Source of the DNA: a virus
Lineage: Duplodnaviria > Caudoviricetes
DNA length: 27,207 nt
Reading direction: 5' to 3' (one strand)
IMG/VR virus record: IMGVR_UViG_3300008261_000229
Span: 1-27,207 of that record
Position 1 is the stretch's first letter; every line of letters begins with the position of its first letter. Below are positions 1-7,679 of the stretch, in pieces. The translations under genes and the position numbers were made by a program. The notes under the pieces were generated by a model. That model saw only the letters and a program-made list of their open reading frames with translations. It searched no databases and was not told the DNA's origin.

Positions 1-15
1 CCAAATTGAATCCAT
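1..15 (-). CDS. 5' end of a further gene running off the left edge (MDSIW...)
   Basis: Minus strand reads GGAGGTTTTAGA-ATG right after the stop of the 27..227 gene; only 5 codons visible. Confidence 0.5.
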
Positions 16-26
16 TCTAAAACCTC

Positions 27-227
27 CTAAAAGTCATCGTCCATATCAAGAATCATATGTGTAGACTTTAAAATATCTAAACAAGTATCGATAGCATCTA
101 AGTGACCATGATAATAATCTTCAATGATATTTGTTGATTTATTATCATGGTCTTTTTGTGTTGCTGCACGATACTGAAGAATTCTTTCATAGGCTTTTTT
201 ATAAAGTGTGGTAGCATTATAAGTCAT
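27..227 (-). CDS. hypothetical phage protein, MTYNA family copy 2
   Basis: Track ORF 27..260; ATG at 227 gives MTYNATTLYKKAYE, matching the start of 1429..1647 (MTYNANQLYNELYE). Confidence 0.65.
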   Translation of the reverse strand: MTYNATTLYKKAYERILQYRAATQKDHDNKSTNIIEDYYHGHLDAIDTCLDILKSTHMILDMDDDF

Positions 228-681
228 TTTTATTAAACATCCAATCGTATTTAATTCCATGAATGCGCAGTGCGGATTTAATTCCTTCTTGATATGCTTC
301 CGATGTAGAGATATTTTTCATATAATAAGGCATTTCCCAATTCTGCTTCATTCTTTGTTCAGGTAATAAATCCGACTCATATCCATACATTATTGCTTTT
401 AAAAGGGTATCTGCATTTTCTTCAGTAAAATAGCTAATATGAAAATCACTATTGGATTTATCAATAATCATTGTAGCAATTCTAAGATGCGATAATCCGT
501 ATGTTTTAGGTTTTAATTTATCTAATGCCACACAAACTTCTTCAGGTAGCTTAATCTTTTGATTCAATTTAGAATACCCCCCAATAGCTTTGGATTGATT
601 AGTGTCTTGATATAAATCAACAGGAGTTTTATCCAATAAATCTTTAACAAGATGTCCAACAAAACCATCAAAACCAGCCAT
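217..681 (-). CDS. hypothetical phage protein, KVKLP...GYE family copy 3, with N-terminal extension
   Basis: KIKLPEEVCVALD...LLKAIMYGYE...GIKYDWM aligns by eye with 1644..1958 and 2008..2343; possible internal TTG start at 567 after GGGGGG. Confidence 0.75.
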   Translation of the reverse strand: MAGFDGFVGHLVKDLLDKTPVDLYQDTNQSKAIGGYSKLNQKIKLPEEVCVALDKLKPKTYGLSHLRIATMIIDKSNSDFHISYFTEENADTLLKAIMYGYESDLLPEQRMKQNWEMPYYMKNISTSEAYQEGIKSALRIHGIKYDWMFNKNDL

Positions 682-688
682 TATTTAT

Positions 689-925
689 TTACCCCCTAAA
701 TGTATTAACAGATAAAGAAATACTAAAAACACTTTCTTTATTGATAATTGCTTCTTGAATTTGATTAAGAATGATATCAAGATACTTTTTATTTGTACTT
801 CTGCATAATTCATAACAGCTTTTATGAGATGTACCTACCATATCAAAAAAGCCTTCACGCTCTCTGATAAAAACTCCTTGAATCAAAAATAGTTCATCTT
901 CTTTACGAATCCAGATACCATTCAT
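689..925 (-). CDS. hypothetical phage protein
   Basis: 78-aa ORF, GAGGAG RBS, ATGA overlap with the upstream gene. Confidence 0.7.
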   Translation of the reverse strand: MNGIWIRKEDELFLIQGVFIREREGFFDMVGTSHKSCYELCRSTNKKYLDIILNQIQEAIINKESVFSISLSVNTFRG

Positions 926-1146
926 TTTATATTCTCCTCGTTACAATCTACTTCTTTACTGTTTTTGTATAGTGGAGCAATACCTTTACTAAAAAGGATA
1001 TACTTACAACCTGTCTTCTTATCAATAATATATTTCATTGTATCTCCGTTTAAGTATTCACCAGCACCATCAAAACGATTCTCGGCATAATATGGCTGGC
1101 AACCTGTAAGTAATAAAATAATGACTAAAACTGAAATATATTTCAC
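922..1146 (-). CDS. small lipoprotein, DUF6440-like
   Basis: Signal peptide MKYISVLVIILLLTGC with LLTGC lipobox; IIDKKTGCKY...GIAPL resembles DUF6440. Confidence 0.7.
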   Translation of the reverse strand: MKYISVLVIILLLTGCQPYYAENRFDGAGEYLNGDTMKYIIDKKTGCKYILFSKGIAPLYKNSKEVDCNEENIK

Positions 1147-1448
1147 TCGTAATCACCAACCAACTCATAAGTCATCTCAAAAATATCTGGTTTACAAGGA
1201 TAGATTTCTCCCTTAACACCAAGAATAATGTAATCGCCATAATCACCAGTCATGACGCCTTCAAGGGTTTTAATCTCACACCATGATTGATAATACTTCC
1301 GGTCCATGATATGACAATCTTCAGGTGCATTGCTGCGAAGGGTGATTGTCCAGTGTGATACTTTATCCATAAACCAATCAGGAATATGGTCAATCCCCAT
1401 ACGGAATGCTTCAATTACTACTGGTTTTTTACGATATTTCATTATCAT
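1143..1448 (-). CDS. conserved phage protein of the YRKKPVVIEA / PGDYG-like family, function unknown
   Basis: KYRKKPVVIEAF...IKTLEG...GDYII.GVKGEIYPCKPDIFEMTYE; start at 1448 or 1442. Confidence 0.85.
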   Translation of the reverse strand: MIMKYRKKPVVIEAFRMGIDHIPDWFMDKVSHWTITLRSNAPEDCHIMDRKYYQSWCEIKTLEGVMTGDYGDYIILGVKGEIYPCKPDIFEMTYELVGDYE

Positions 1449-1647
1449 TCATCTCCTCTGGCATGAAATTAAAAGTTCTCAACTTTTCTAATACCTCATC
1501 CACCATTCTAAATTGACCAGCTCTAAACGCATGTTCATCAGTATATATACCGTCATTAGGGGTAAGAATTTGTTCTAAAAGCTGACTACGACGAGTTAAA
1601 AAATGTTCGTACAATTCATTGTACAGTTGATTTGCATTATAAGTCAT
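1429..1647 (-). CDS. hypothetical phage protein, MTYNA family copy 1
   Basis: 72-aa ORF, ATGA coupling to the upstream gene, paralog of 27..227. Confidence 0.7.
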   Translation of the reverse strand: MTYNANQLYNELYEHFLTRRSQLLEQILTPNDGIYTDEHAFRAGQFRMVDEVLEKLRTFNFMPEEMNDNEIS

Positions 1648-1958
1648 TCCTCATCCATCCAGTTGTAATAGATGTTATGAGCTAAAAGGGTTTGTTTAAT
1701 TCCATCTTTCACATAAGGGTTAGATTTGTTCCACAATTGGATTGTTTGCTCCTCGGGCGATAACTCTGCTTCATATCCCAATACTAATGCTCGCATGATT
1801 TCATCAGAATCTTGTTGATTTAATATTTGCAAATTTGGAGTACTCCATTGTTTATGATGTGTCATTTCTAAAATTGTAAAATCAAAATCTTTAAGAAAAC
1901 TTCTTGCATCATCCAACGCATCACAGACATCTTTCGGTAATCTCACTTTTTCGCTCAT
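1644..1958 (-). CDS. hypothetical phage protein, KVKLP...GYE family copy 2
   Basis: GGAGGATGCGGA-ATG at 1958 gives MSEKVRLPKDVCDALD; close paralog of 2008..2343 (track start 2018 is too long). Confidence 0.8.
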   Translation of the reverse strand: MSEKVRLPKDVCDALDDARSFLKDFDFTILEMTHHKQWSTPNLQILNQQDSDEIMRALVLGYEAELSPEEQTIQLWNKSNPYVKDGIKQTLLAHNIYYNWMDEE

Positions 1959-1966
1959 TCCGCATC
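1943..1966. repeat. 24-bp exact direct repeat, copy 1 (gene junction plus first codons)
   Basis: tcactttttcgctcattccgcatc, identical at 2328..2351. Confidence 0.9.
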
Positions 1967-2011
1967 CTCCCACACTTTTACTAACTTTTTGACTTGGGTG
2001 TTCAGTTTCAT
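1955..2011 (-). CDS. 18-aa mini-ORF MKLNTQVKKLVKVWEDAE, possibly a gene remnant
   Basis: GGAGG RBS; ATGA overlaps at both ends exactly fill the gap between two paralogs. Confidence 0.5.
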   Translation of the reverse strand: MKLNTQVKKLVKVWEDAE

Positions 2012-2343
2012 TCGGCATCCTCCATCCAATCGTAGCGGATTTCTAACATTTCGAGTGTTTTTATTATTCCATTTTGAACACCGTTACAATATTCTGTTTC
2101 AATTTCATATTCCATGTACAAATTTTTCAACTTTTCCTCCGCCGATAACTCCGGCTCATAACCTAGTACCAATGCACGCATGATTTCATTAGAATCTTGT
2201 GCATTTAAAATTTCTAGTTCGTCAAAAGCATGGGCTTTGTGATATACGGCTTTGACTATTTGTGTATTTGTCATTTCTGTTTCATTGACTGCAAAATCCA
2301 ACGCATCGCATACCTGCTTCGGCAACTTCACTTTTTCGCTCAT
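2008..2343 (-). CDS. hypothetical phage protein, KVKLP...GYE family copy 1
   Basis: MSEKVKLPKQVCDALD...EIMRALVLGYE...YDWMEDAE. Confidence 0.8.
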   Translation of the reverse strand: MSEKVKLPKQVCDALDFAVNETEMTNTQIVKAVYHKAHAFDELEILNAQDSNEIMRALVLGYEPELSAEEKLKNLYMEYEIETEYCNGVQNGIIKTLEMLEIRYDWMEDAE

Positions 2344-2351
2344 TCCGCATC
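2328..2351. repeat. 24-bp exact direct repeat, copy 2
   Basis: Identical to 1943..1966. Confidence 0.9.
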
Positions 2352-2528
2352 ATCCTCGCCTCGGTCTTGAATTGCAACTTGTACAATATGCAACGCCATA
2401 TTGATTCCCCTTTTGGCATTGATCGCCATGTTCCGATGAATGTATTCGAATACCTCTGCATTAAGTAAACTTTCAATATCTTCTTTTACTTCCTGCAAAA
2501 CCGCAATTTCGATTTCGTTTTTAGTCAT
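2340..2528 (-). CDS. hypothetical phage protein
   Basis: 62-aa ORF coupled to both neighbours through the shared junction motif. Confidence 0.7.
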   Translation of the reverse strand: MTKNEIEIAVLQEVKEDIESLLNAEVFEYIHRNMAINAKRGINMALHIVQVAIQDRGEDDAE

Positions 2529-2637
2529 TCCGCATCCACCCCGCTACAATTCCGCCTATAAGAGAAAGTATAAGATACAACCACCAGTACTTTATAAACA
2601 ACTGTCCCTGCGTCATGTTGATGAAATCATCAATCAT
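2521..2637 (-). CDS. small membrane protein (38 aa)
   Basis: ATG at 2637: MIDDFINMTQGQLFIKYWWLYLILSLIGGIVAGWMRND with one hydrophobic segment; the track start at 2739 overlaps thyX. Confidence 0.55.
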   Translation of the reverse strand: MIDDFINMTQGQLFIKYWWLYLILSLIGGIVAGWMRND

Positions 2638-2729
2638 TCCTTCACGCACCGTGCGCATTTGGTACCATCTGCCACGTCTTTCTCCCCGATGGTTAATCCA
2701 CAGATCACACAAACAGATTTTCGATCCAC
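2634..2729 (-). CDS. possible 31-aa CxxC-CxxC zinc-ribbon peptide
   Basis: VDRKSVCVICGLTIGEKDVADGTKCARCVKE fills the gap after thyX; its stop overlaps the next ATG; no clear RBS. Confidence 0.35.
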   Translation of the reverse strand: MDRKSVCVICGLTIGEKDVADGTKCARCVKE

Positions 2730-3409
2730 GGTTCGACATTCACAATTTCGCTCCGCATCTTCTCTGCAAGCTCGGCAATTTCCCACTGTGCGCCGCTCCC
2801 CTCTTTGCGTTTTTCGTAGAACTCCAAGAACGTTCGCAGGTTGCACGTCAGCACCATATTGCACGTCGCCCCGTTAGGCAATACCATCCGTGCATCTTCT
2901 GCCGGTATGCCCGCTGCACGCAACGAATCATAGGTGTCTTGCAGGTATTCCATCGCGTCCATGTACACACCGACCGCGATGTCGTTACCGTTTAACACGG
3001 TCTGTGGTACGACATAATCAAACCCGCCAGACTTATCGTGCGACCCAAACTTCACGTACCGTTGCGATTGAACCGAAAAGCTCATGTGCCTATGTCTTGT
3101 TAGCTGTGCCAGCAGTGAACGGCTCACACCTTCCACGGCAAACGTGTAATTGACGTGTTCAAGTGTACTGGTATGTTTGCTCTTAAAGATCATGTTAATC
3201 AAGCGGTTTGCTTCTTTCTCCGCATCACCGAAGTACTTGCTGCCTTCAAGATCCAAGATTTCAGATGGTTTGTTCGGACTGTAACAAGTGCGGATCGCAA
3301 TTAAGGAAACTGCCTTGCTGTCTTGTACTGCGGTCAAATGCCCTGTGTCACTTTCAACGTGCAATTCCCCTGCCACCAGTTTCGTGTGCGCTATCAGTTC
3401 GACATTCAT
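2705..3409 (-). CDS. thyX: FAD-dependent thymidylate synthase
   Basis: Signature RHRHMSFSVQSQRY, plus H.STLEH, EDAR.VLP, NLR and AQWEI motifs. Confidence 0.95.
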   Translation of the reverse strand: MNVELIAHTKLVAGELHVESDTGHLTAVQDSKAVSLIAIRTCYSPNKPSEILDLEGSKYFGDAEKEANRLINMIFKSKHTSTLEHVNYTFAVEGVSRSLLAQLTRHRHMSFSVQSQRYVKFGSHDKSGGFDYVVPQTVLNGNDIAVGVYMDAMEYLQDTYDSLRAAGIPAEDARMVLPNGATCNMVLTCNLRTFLEFYEKRKEGSGAQWEIAELAEKMRSEIVNVEPWIENLFV

Positions 3410-3615
3410 TCGTGGACTTCCTGCCCTTCTTTGATTAAGTCACACGCCGTCAGTTTGGCAAATAACCAAGTGTTCACACCGTACACCGAGCCTAGATCCT
3501 TTTCGGTGTATCCCTTTTGTTTCATCTCTACCCGGTACGAATCCGCAGATTCGCCGTCTGGGAACTCGACAACCGTACTCTCATAACGCTTCACAGTCCA
3601 TTCGACGACTTTCAC
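3406..3615 (-). CDS. hypothetical phage protein
   Basis: GTG at 3615 after AAGGA; ATGA overlap with thyX. Confidence 0.65.
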   Translation of the reverse strand: MKVVEWTVKRYESTVVEFPDGESADSYRVEMKQKGYTEKDLGSVYGVNTWLFAKLTACDLIKEGQEVHE

Positions 3616-3619
3616 AGTA

Positions 3620-5536
3620 TCAGTCCTTTTTATAGTAGTCACATTCAAATGCACCGGCGGTCAGGTTCAGACCCTTCGCCCAGTCAATCGGTATGGCCAT
3701 GACCGCTTCTACTTCTTCCACACTGGATTGCCCAATAGGTACAGACAGCACCACTTCGTCGTGGACGTGTAGGTTTATTCGGTATCCGCTGTTATGTAAT
3801 CGCATCATCGCCACGGCCAAACAATCCCGTGCCACGGCTTGAACAATGTTCTCCACCAGCTTGCCTGAGTAGGTGTATTGCTGCGACCACTGCTTCGATA
3901 TCGAATCCATTCCCATGAAAGCAATCTGCTCATTTCCAAACTGGTTGATTTCCAATCGTGGTCGGACATAAGACAGACGACGACCAGACGGCAACCGAAT
4001 AAACAAGATCCCCGCTTCAATGCTGACCACAATGCCATGTTGCAATCGGACTACTACCCGTTCAGCCACGGCACGTTTGCACGCATTCTCTACGTCATAC
4101 CAGAACTTCACGATGTTAGCGTTCGCCTTTCGCCACTTCGTCACAATGTCCTGCATTTCCTGCTCGGTCAGGCCCATTTTCTCGCCGCCCATTTTCTTTA
4201 AGGCGTTTACCCCGCCAGCGTACCCGCACGCCAGATTCGCCACTTTCCCTTTGGCACGATACTCATAGTTCGCATGTCCCTTACGGATCGTCTCTACCGG
4301 CACGTTAAACATCTGCGCTGCCGTGGCTTCATAGATCTTGCCGTGCCCGTCGAACACGTCCATGACCCATTTCTCGTTCGCCAGCCACGCCAGTACCCGT
4401 GCTTCAATACTCGAAAAGTCCGAGACAATAAACCGACAACCCGCATCCGGTTCCAACATGGTACGGATCAATTGCGACAACGTGTCCGGTATGTTTCCGA
4501 ATAGTAAATCTATTTCATCGAAACGTCCGTCTGCCAGAAGCGACCTTGCCAAGTCCAGATCTTCCAACTTGTTCTGCGGTAAGTTCTGAACCTGTATCAA
4601 TCTACCGGCGAACCGTCCCGTCCGCGACGCACCGTAGAACTGCAATAGCCCTCGTACACGATTGTCATCGCAGATGCAGTGTTGCATCGCATAATACTTA
4701 GAAACGCTCGTCTTGGCCAATTCCTGTCGAATGAGTAGTACCCGTTTGACCAATGGATCTTTCACCGACTTGATTAAATCTTTCACGATGTCCTTGGTCA
4801 AAGAGTCTACCGGCATTCCTTTTTCAGCCAACCATTTTTTCATCATCGGCAGACTATCTGGGTTTGAAATACCAGTTAGTTGCACATACTCAGTAATGAG
4901 CGCATCCTCGTTGATCTTATCTGCTTCAATGGCTTTCTCAACCAAGTCACGGTTAAGCTGAACGCCATAATCATTGATTCTTTGATCTAGTGACCACAGA
5001 TCCCATTCAACCATTGGGAAACGCTCTAGCTTGCGCCGTACAGCCCGTTCTACCTCTACGTCCTGCCGACAGTATTCCTTAAACTGCTCCCACTTGTCTG
5101 GGTCCGTTTTTGGCGATAAAAAAGGCGGCGTACAAAACTGTCTTATCAACCGTTTCCCTGCCGCATCTTTTTGGTCCGCTAAATTCAATACCTTCGAAAC
5201 ATTGTCGAGACTATTTGGAAAGCCGAGTGTTGTTGCCCATACCATCGTGCAGATCCACTGTGCTGGGTCGCACTCGATCTTAAAATGCGACGCGATACAA
5301 GTACGCTCGAAGTTCGCATTGAATGCGCACTTCACGACACTCGGATCGGTCAGCATCTCAACGATTTCCAAAGGCAATTGATCCATATACAGATCGACGA
5401 CCTGAACAGGCAGATCGTCGATTGCATAAGCGAATAACAAAATCTCAAAATCTATATCAGACGCATACCGATACACACCGGACTTTTTCAAGTCTGCACC
5501 GGATCTCGTTTCGATGTCGATACTTAGAATAGCCAA
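3620..5536 (-). CDS. phage family A DNA polymerase with 3'-5' exonuclease
   Basis: Exo motifs SIDIET, FNANFER, YCRQDV; polymerase motifs DFSSIEAR (A), RAKGKVANLACGY (B), HVHDE (C). Confidence 0.96.
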   Translation of the reverse strand: MAILSIDIETRSGADLKKSGVYRYASDIDFEILLFAYAIDDLPVQVVDLYMDQLPLEIVEMLTDPSVVKCAFNANFERTCIASHFKIECDPAQWICTMVWATTLGFPNSLDNVSKVLNLADQKDAAGKRLIRQFCTPPFLSPKTDPDKWEQFKEYCRQDVEVERAVRRKLERFPMVEWDLWSLDQRINDYGVQLNRDLVEKAIEADKINEDALITEYVQLTGISNPDSLPMMKKWLAEKGMPVDSLTKDIVKDLIKSVKDPLVKRVLLIRQELAKTSVSKYYAMQHCICDDNRVRGLLQFYGASRTGRFAGRLIQVQNLPQNKLEDLDLARSLLADGRFDEIDLLFGNIPDTLSQLIRTMLEPDAGCRFIVSDFSSIEARVLAWLANEKWVMDVFDGHGKIYEATAAQMFNVPVETIRKGHANYEYRAKGKVANLACGYAGGVNALKKMGGEKMGLTEQEMQDIVTKWRKANANIVKFWYDVENACKRAVAERVVVRLQHGIVVSIEAGILFIRLPSGRRLSYVRPRLEINQFGNEQIAFMGMDSISKQWSQQYTYSGKLVENIVQAVARDCLAVAMMRLHNSGYRINLHVHDEVVLSVPIGQSSVEEVEAVMAIPIDWAKGLNLTAGAFECDYYKKD

Positions 5537-6067
5537 TTAGAAATCATCCCCGTCGTCCGCCGGTGCGAATGCAGTGAACTCGTCTTCTGCACGCTTACGG
5601 CCTGTGAAAGAATCCCCGTCAGCCAGCTTTTGCAGATTGCCCAGACCACATGCAATGCCGCGATTGCCGTTCACGCTGTATGCGTAGAAGTTAATCGACG
5701 CACGACCGTAGCAACCGGAATAAAATTCTGTCGGGTCGATAATAGCTTGTAATTGTGCATCTACGATTTGTGGTTTGGTTTTGCTTGTTGCCGAGATGAA
5801 GTACATGCCTTTGAACTCCTCACGGTCTGGGCGTTCTTCGTCTCCGTCCCGCAATGGTGTTTTCAGGTTTGTCGGGATCTTACCGTTCCACTTATCCTTA
5901 CCGGCTTGTTTTGCCCCTTCAATGTCTTTCTTGATGTCCTCAACCATCTTTGTGTCTGATTTCGGGATCAAAAGGACGATACTGTATTTTGGTTCGCCAC
6001 CATCCATTGCCGCTTTCGGTTGAAACACATTTGCATACGAAAATCTCACTTTACCAGTAATCATCAT
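5537..6067 (-). CDS. DUF2815 family phage ssDNA-binding protein (gp2.5-like)
   Basis: VRFSYANVF, PLRDGD, FYSGCYGRASINFYAY, GLGNLQK, acidic tail ending in F; typical position before PolA. Confidence 0.9.
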   Translation of the reverse strand: MMITGKVRFSYANVFQPKAAMDGGEPKYSIVLLIPKSDTKMVEDIKKDIEGAKQAGKDKWNGKIPTNLKTPLRDGDEERPDREEFKGMYFISATSKTKPQIVDAQLQAIIDPTEFYSGCYGRASINFYAYSVNGNRGIACGLGNLQKLADGDSFTGRKRAEDEFTAFAPADDGDDF

Positions 6068-7176
6068 TTTTCCCCGCTTCTTCGTTTTAGTTTTGGTTCA
6101 CCTTCGACCTTGTCAATGTATGCACCAAGTACGGCAGAAAATTCCTTTTTGCCTAATAGTTTTTCCAGATCGCCGATTCCCCGTAACTCCGTTTTGTAGA
6201 TCTGGTCCGTACCGAAACCAAGATCCCTGAGCAATTCGCCCGCTTGGTCTGGTGCCGTAATCTTTCGAACGGCGCGACCTGCTGCCAATTCCCAGCCGGG
6301 AATATCGTTTCCTAGTTTCACAAAGGACAGGGAATACTCCATCACGTCTTTGACCCATTTGCTCAATTCGTCGGCACGGTCTAAGATCTCACTTAATTCA
6401 CCATCCGTCAATAGGTCTGGCTTCTTAAATTCGTATTTTGCCATTTCCAAATTATCCTCCGCCCGTTTGCGACATACGAATCGTGCTTTGCAGTATCGGC
6501 AATGTGAACCGCTTACATATTCACCTTCACCACGGATCGCCATTTCAGCCCGTGGCTTTACAAACAGTTCGCCCCACTGCATCAGATCCGGTACGTCAAT
6601 CTCCCAAGAAGATATGCTGTCTAGGCGTGGCTGGACAATGGTAACTCGCACTTTGTCAAAATCAAATATGCCGTAATACCGTTCAATCGCCCCAAGAGCG
6701 TATAACTGCAATTGACTATTGCCAATGGCCTGTACAGGGTTCATCCCGTATTTAAGGTCAATGATCTCCAACCAACCGTCCGAAACAATGACCACGTCAC
6801 CTGTACCGAACCCATCAGGTACATATTTGGAAAAGTCCAAACGCTGTTCCAGCAATAAGGATGCGTCAAGCGTATCGGCTAATGCGGCGTGGTACCGCTC
6901 CATGACGTAATTCACATATACCGTGACATAGGCCAACATTTCAGGGTCGGCATCATATAATTTCGTTGTTTTGTCCAGCATCCATAACAACCGGTTTTCT
7001 GCCAGCTCGTGAGCCTTTGTCCCTTCTTCCGCCTGTGGTGAGGACGTATCTGGGAACGGCTCAGACAGCTTGATGGATGGTGTGCAGGTTAACCATTGCT
7101 TAGAACCACTAGCGCTTAATTTGGCGTGTGCTCGGTGCTCATGCCCCGCCGTTTCGGATTTGCTCAATGAGTTCAC
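6064..7176 (-). CDS. DUF2800 family PD-(D/E)XK (Cas4-like) nuclease
   Basis: HAKLSASGS..W..C, EEGT.AH, FGTGD, IIDLKYG, QL.LYALGA, HCRYCKAR..C; probable start TTG at 7167. Confidence 0.9.
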   Translation of the reverse strand: MNSLSKSETAGHEHRAHAKLSASGSKQWLTCTPSIKLSEPFPDTSSPQAEEGTKAHELAENRLLWMLDKTTKLYDADPEMLAYVTVYVNYVMERYHAALADTLDASLLLEQRLDFSKYVPDGFGTGDVVIVSDGWLEIIDLKYGMNPVQAIGNSQLQLYALGAIERYYGIFDFDKVRVTIVQPRLDSISSWEIDVPDLMQWGELFVKPRAEMAIRGEGEYVSGSHCRYCKARFVCRKRAEDNLEMAKYEFKKPDLLTDGELSEILDRADELSKWVKDVMEYSLSFVKLGNDIPGWELAAGRAVRKITAPDQAGELLRDLGFGTDQIYKTELRGIGDLEKLLGKKEFSAVLGAYIDKVEGEPKLKRRSGEK

Positions 7177-7369
7177 CTAATCTCTGTTTGATTGCGTCTT
7201 CGATTGCTTTTGATTTGATTGGGCCTATTCCTTCAACAGTCGGTAAAACATCTTCCACCAGCCGCAGCGCTGTGTACATACCGAATTTGATGCCGTCATC
7301 CTCTGCCTTTTTCACCCGATACATCATTTCTCTGATTAACGGGTTCGGCTTATTTCCCAAATAAAACAC
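7139..7369 (-). CDS. hypothetical phage protein
   Basis: ORF packed between neighbours; contains VEGIGP (HhH-like); start uncertain. Confidence 0.6.
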   Translation of the reverse strand: MFYLGNKPNPLIREMMYRVKKAEDDGIKFGMYTALRLVEDVLPTVEGIGPIKSKAIEDAIKQRLGELIEQIRNGGA

Positions 7370-7679
7370 CTAAAAAGGCTTGGTACTGATCCGACTTTAA
7401 GTCAGTCAGTTTGGCGACATCAAAACCACTTAATGCGGTACGGACTTCTGCGTTGGTGAACTTACCATCTTTGATTGCGTCAGTGACCAGCTTGCGAAGT
7501 TCCACAACGTCCATCTGCTGTTCAAAAACCGTCGTTGTCGTTTCCTGCGACGGCGCTGATTCTTTCTCCGAAACGTTTAAGACTTCCAAGGACTGGGGCT
7601 TTTGTGCTGATAAAGCGTCCACTAAAGCGTAGATAGCTTTGACTAGCTCTGGTGCCTGTATGTCGATTTTGATATCCAT
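7350..7679 (-). CDS. hypothetical phage protein of the type usually found upstream of DUF2800
   Basis: MDIKIDIQAPELVKAI..., low-complexity linker, C-terminal KLTDLKSDQY. Confidence 0.8.
   Translation of the reverse strand: MDIKIDIQAPELVKAIYALVDALSAQKPQSLEVLNVSEKESAPSQETTTTVFEQQMDVVELRKLVTDAIKDGKFTNAEVRTALSGFDVAKLTDLKSDQYQAFLGVLFGK

Noticed and set aside
214-228. TATAAT within the repeated 15-mer (also 1634..1648) as a promoter
   Set aside because: Explained by the codons for MTYNA; no convincing -35 element shared by both copies
1644-2540. Junction repeats as a CRISPR array or integron attC sites
   Set aside because: Repeats are short, non-palindromic, irregularly spaced and overlap coding sequence; no integron integrase
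6064-7176. Cas4-like nuclease as evidence of a CRISPR system
   Set aside because: No array or other cas genes; DUF2800 beside SSB and PolA is a standard phage replication block
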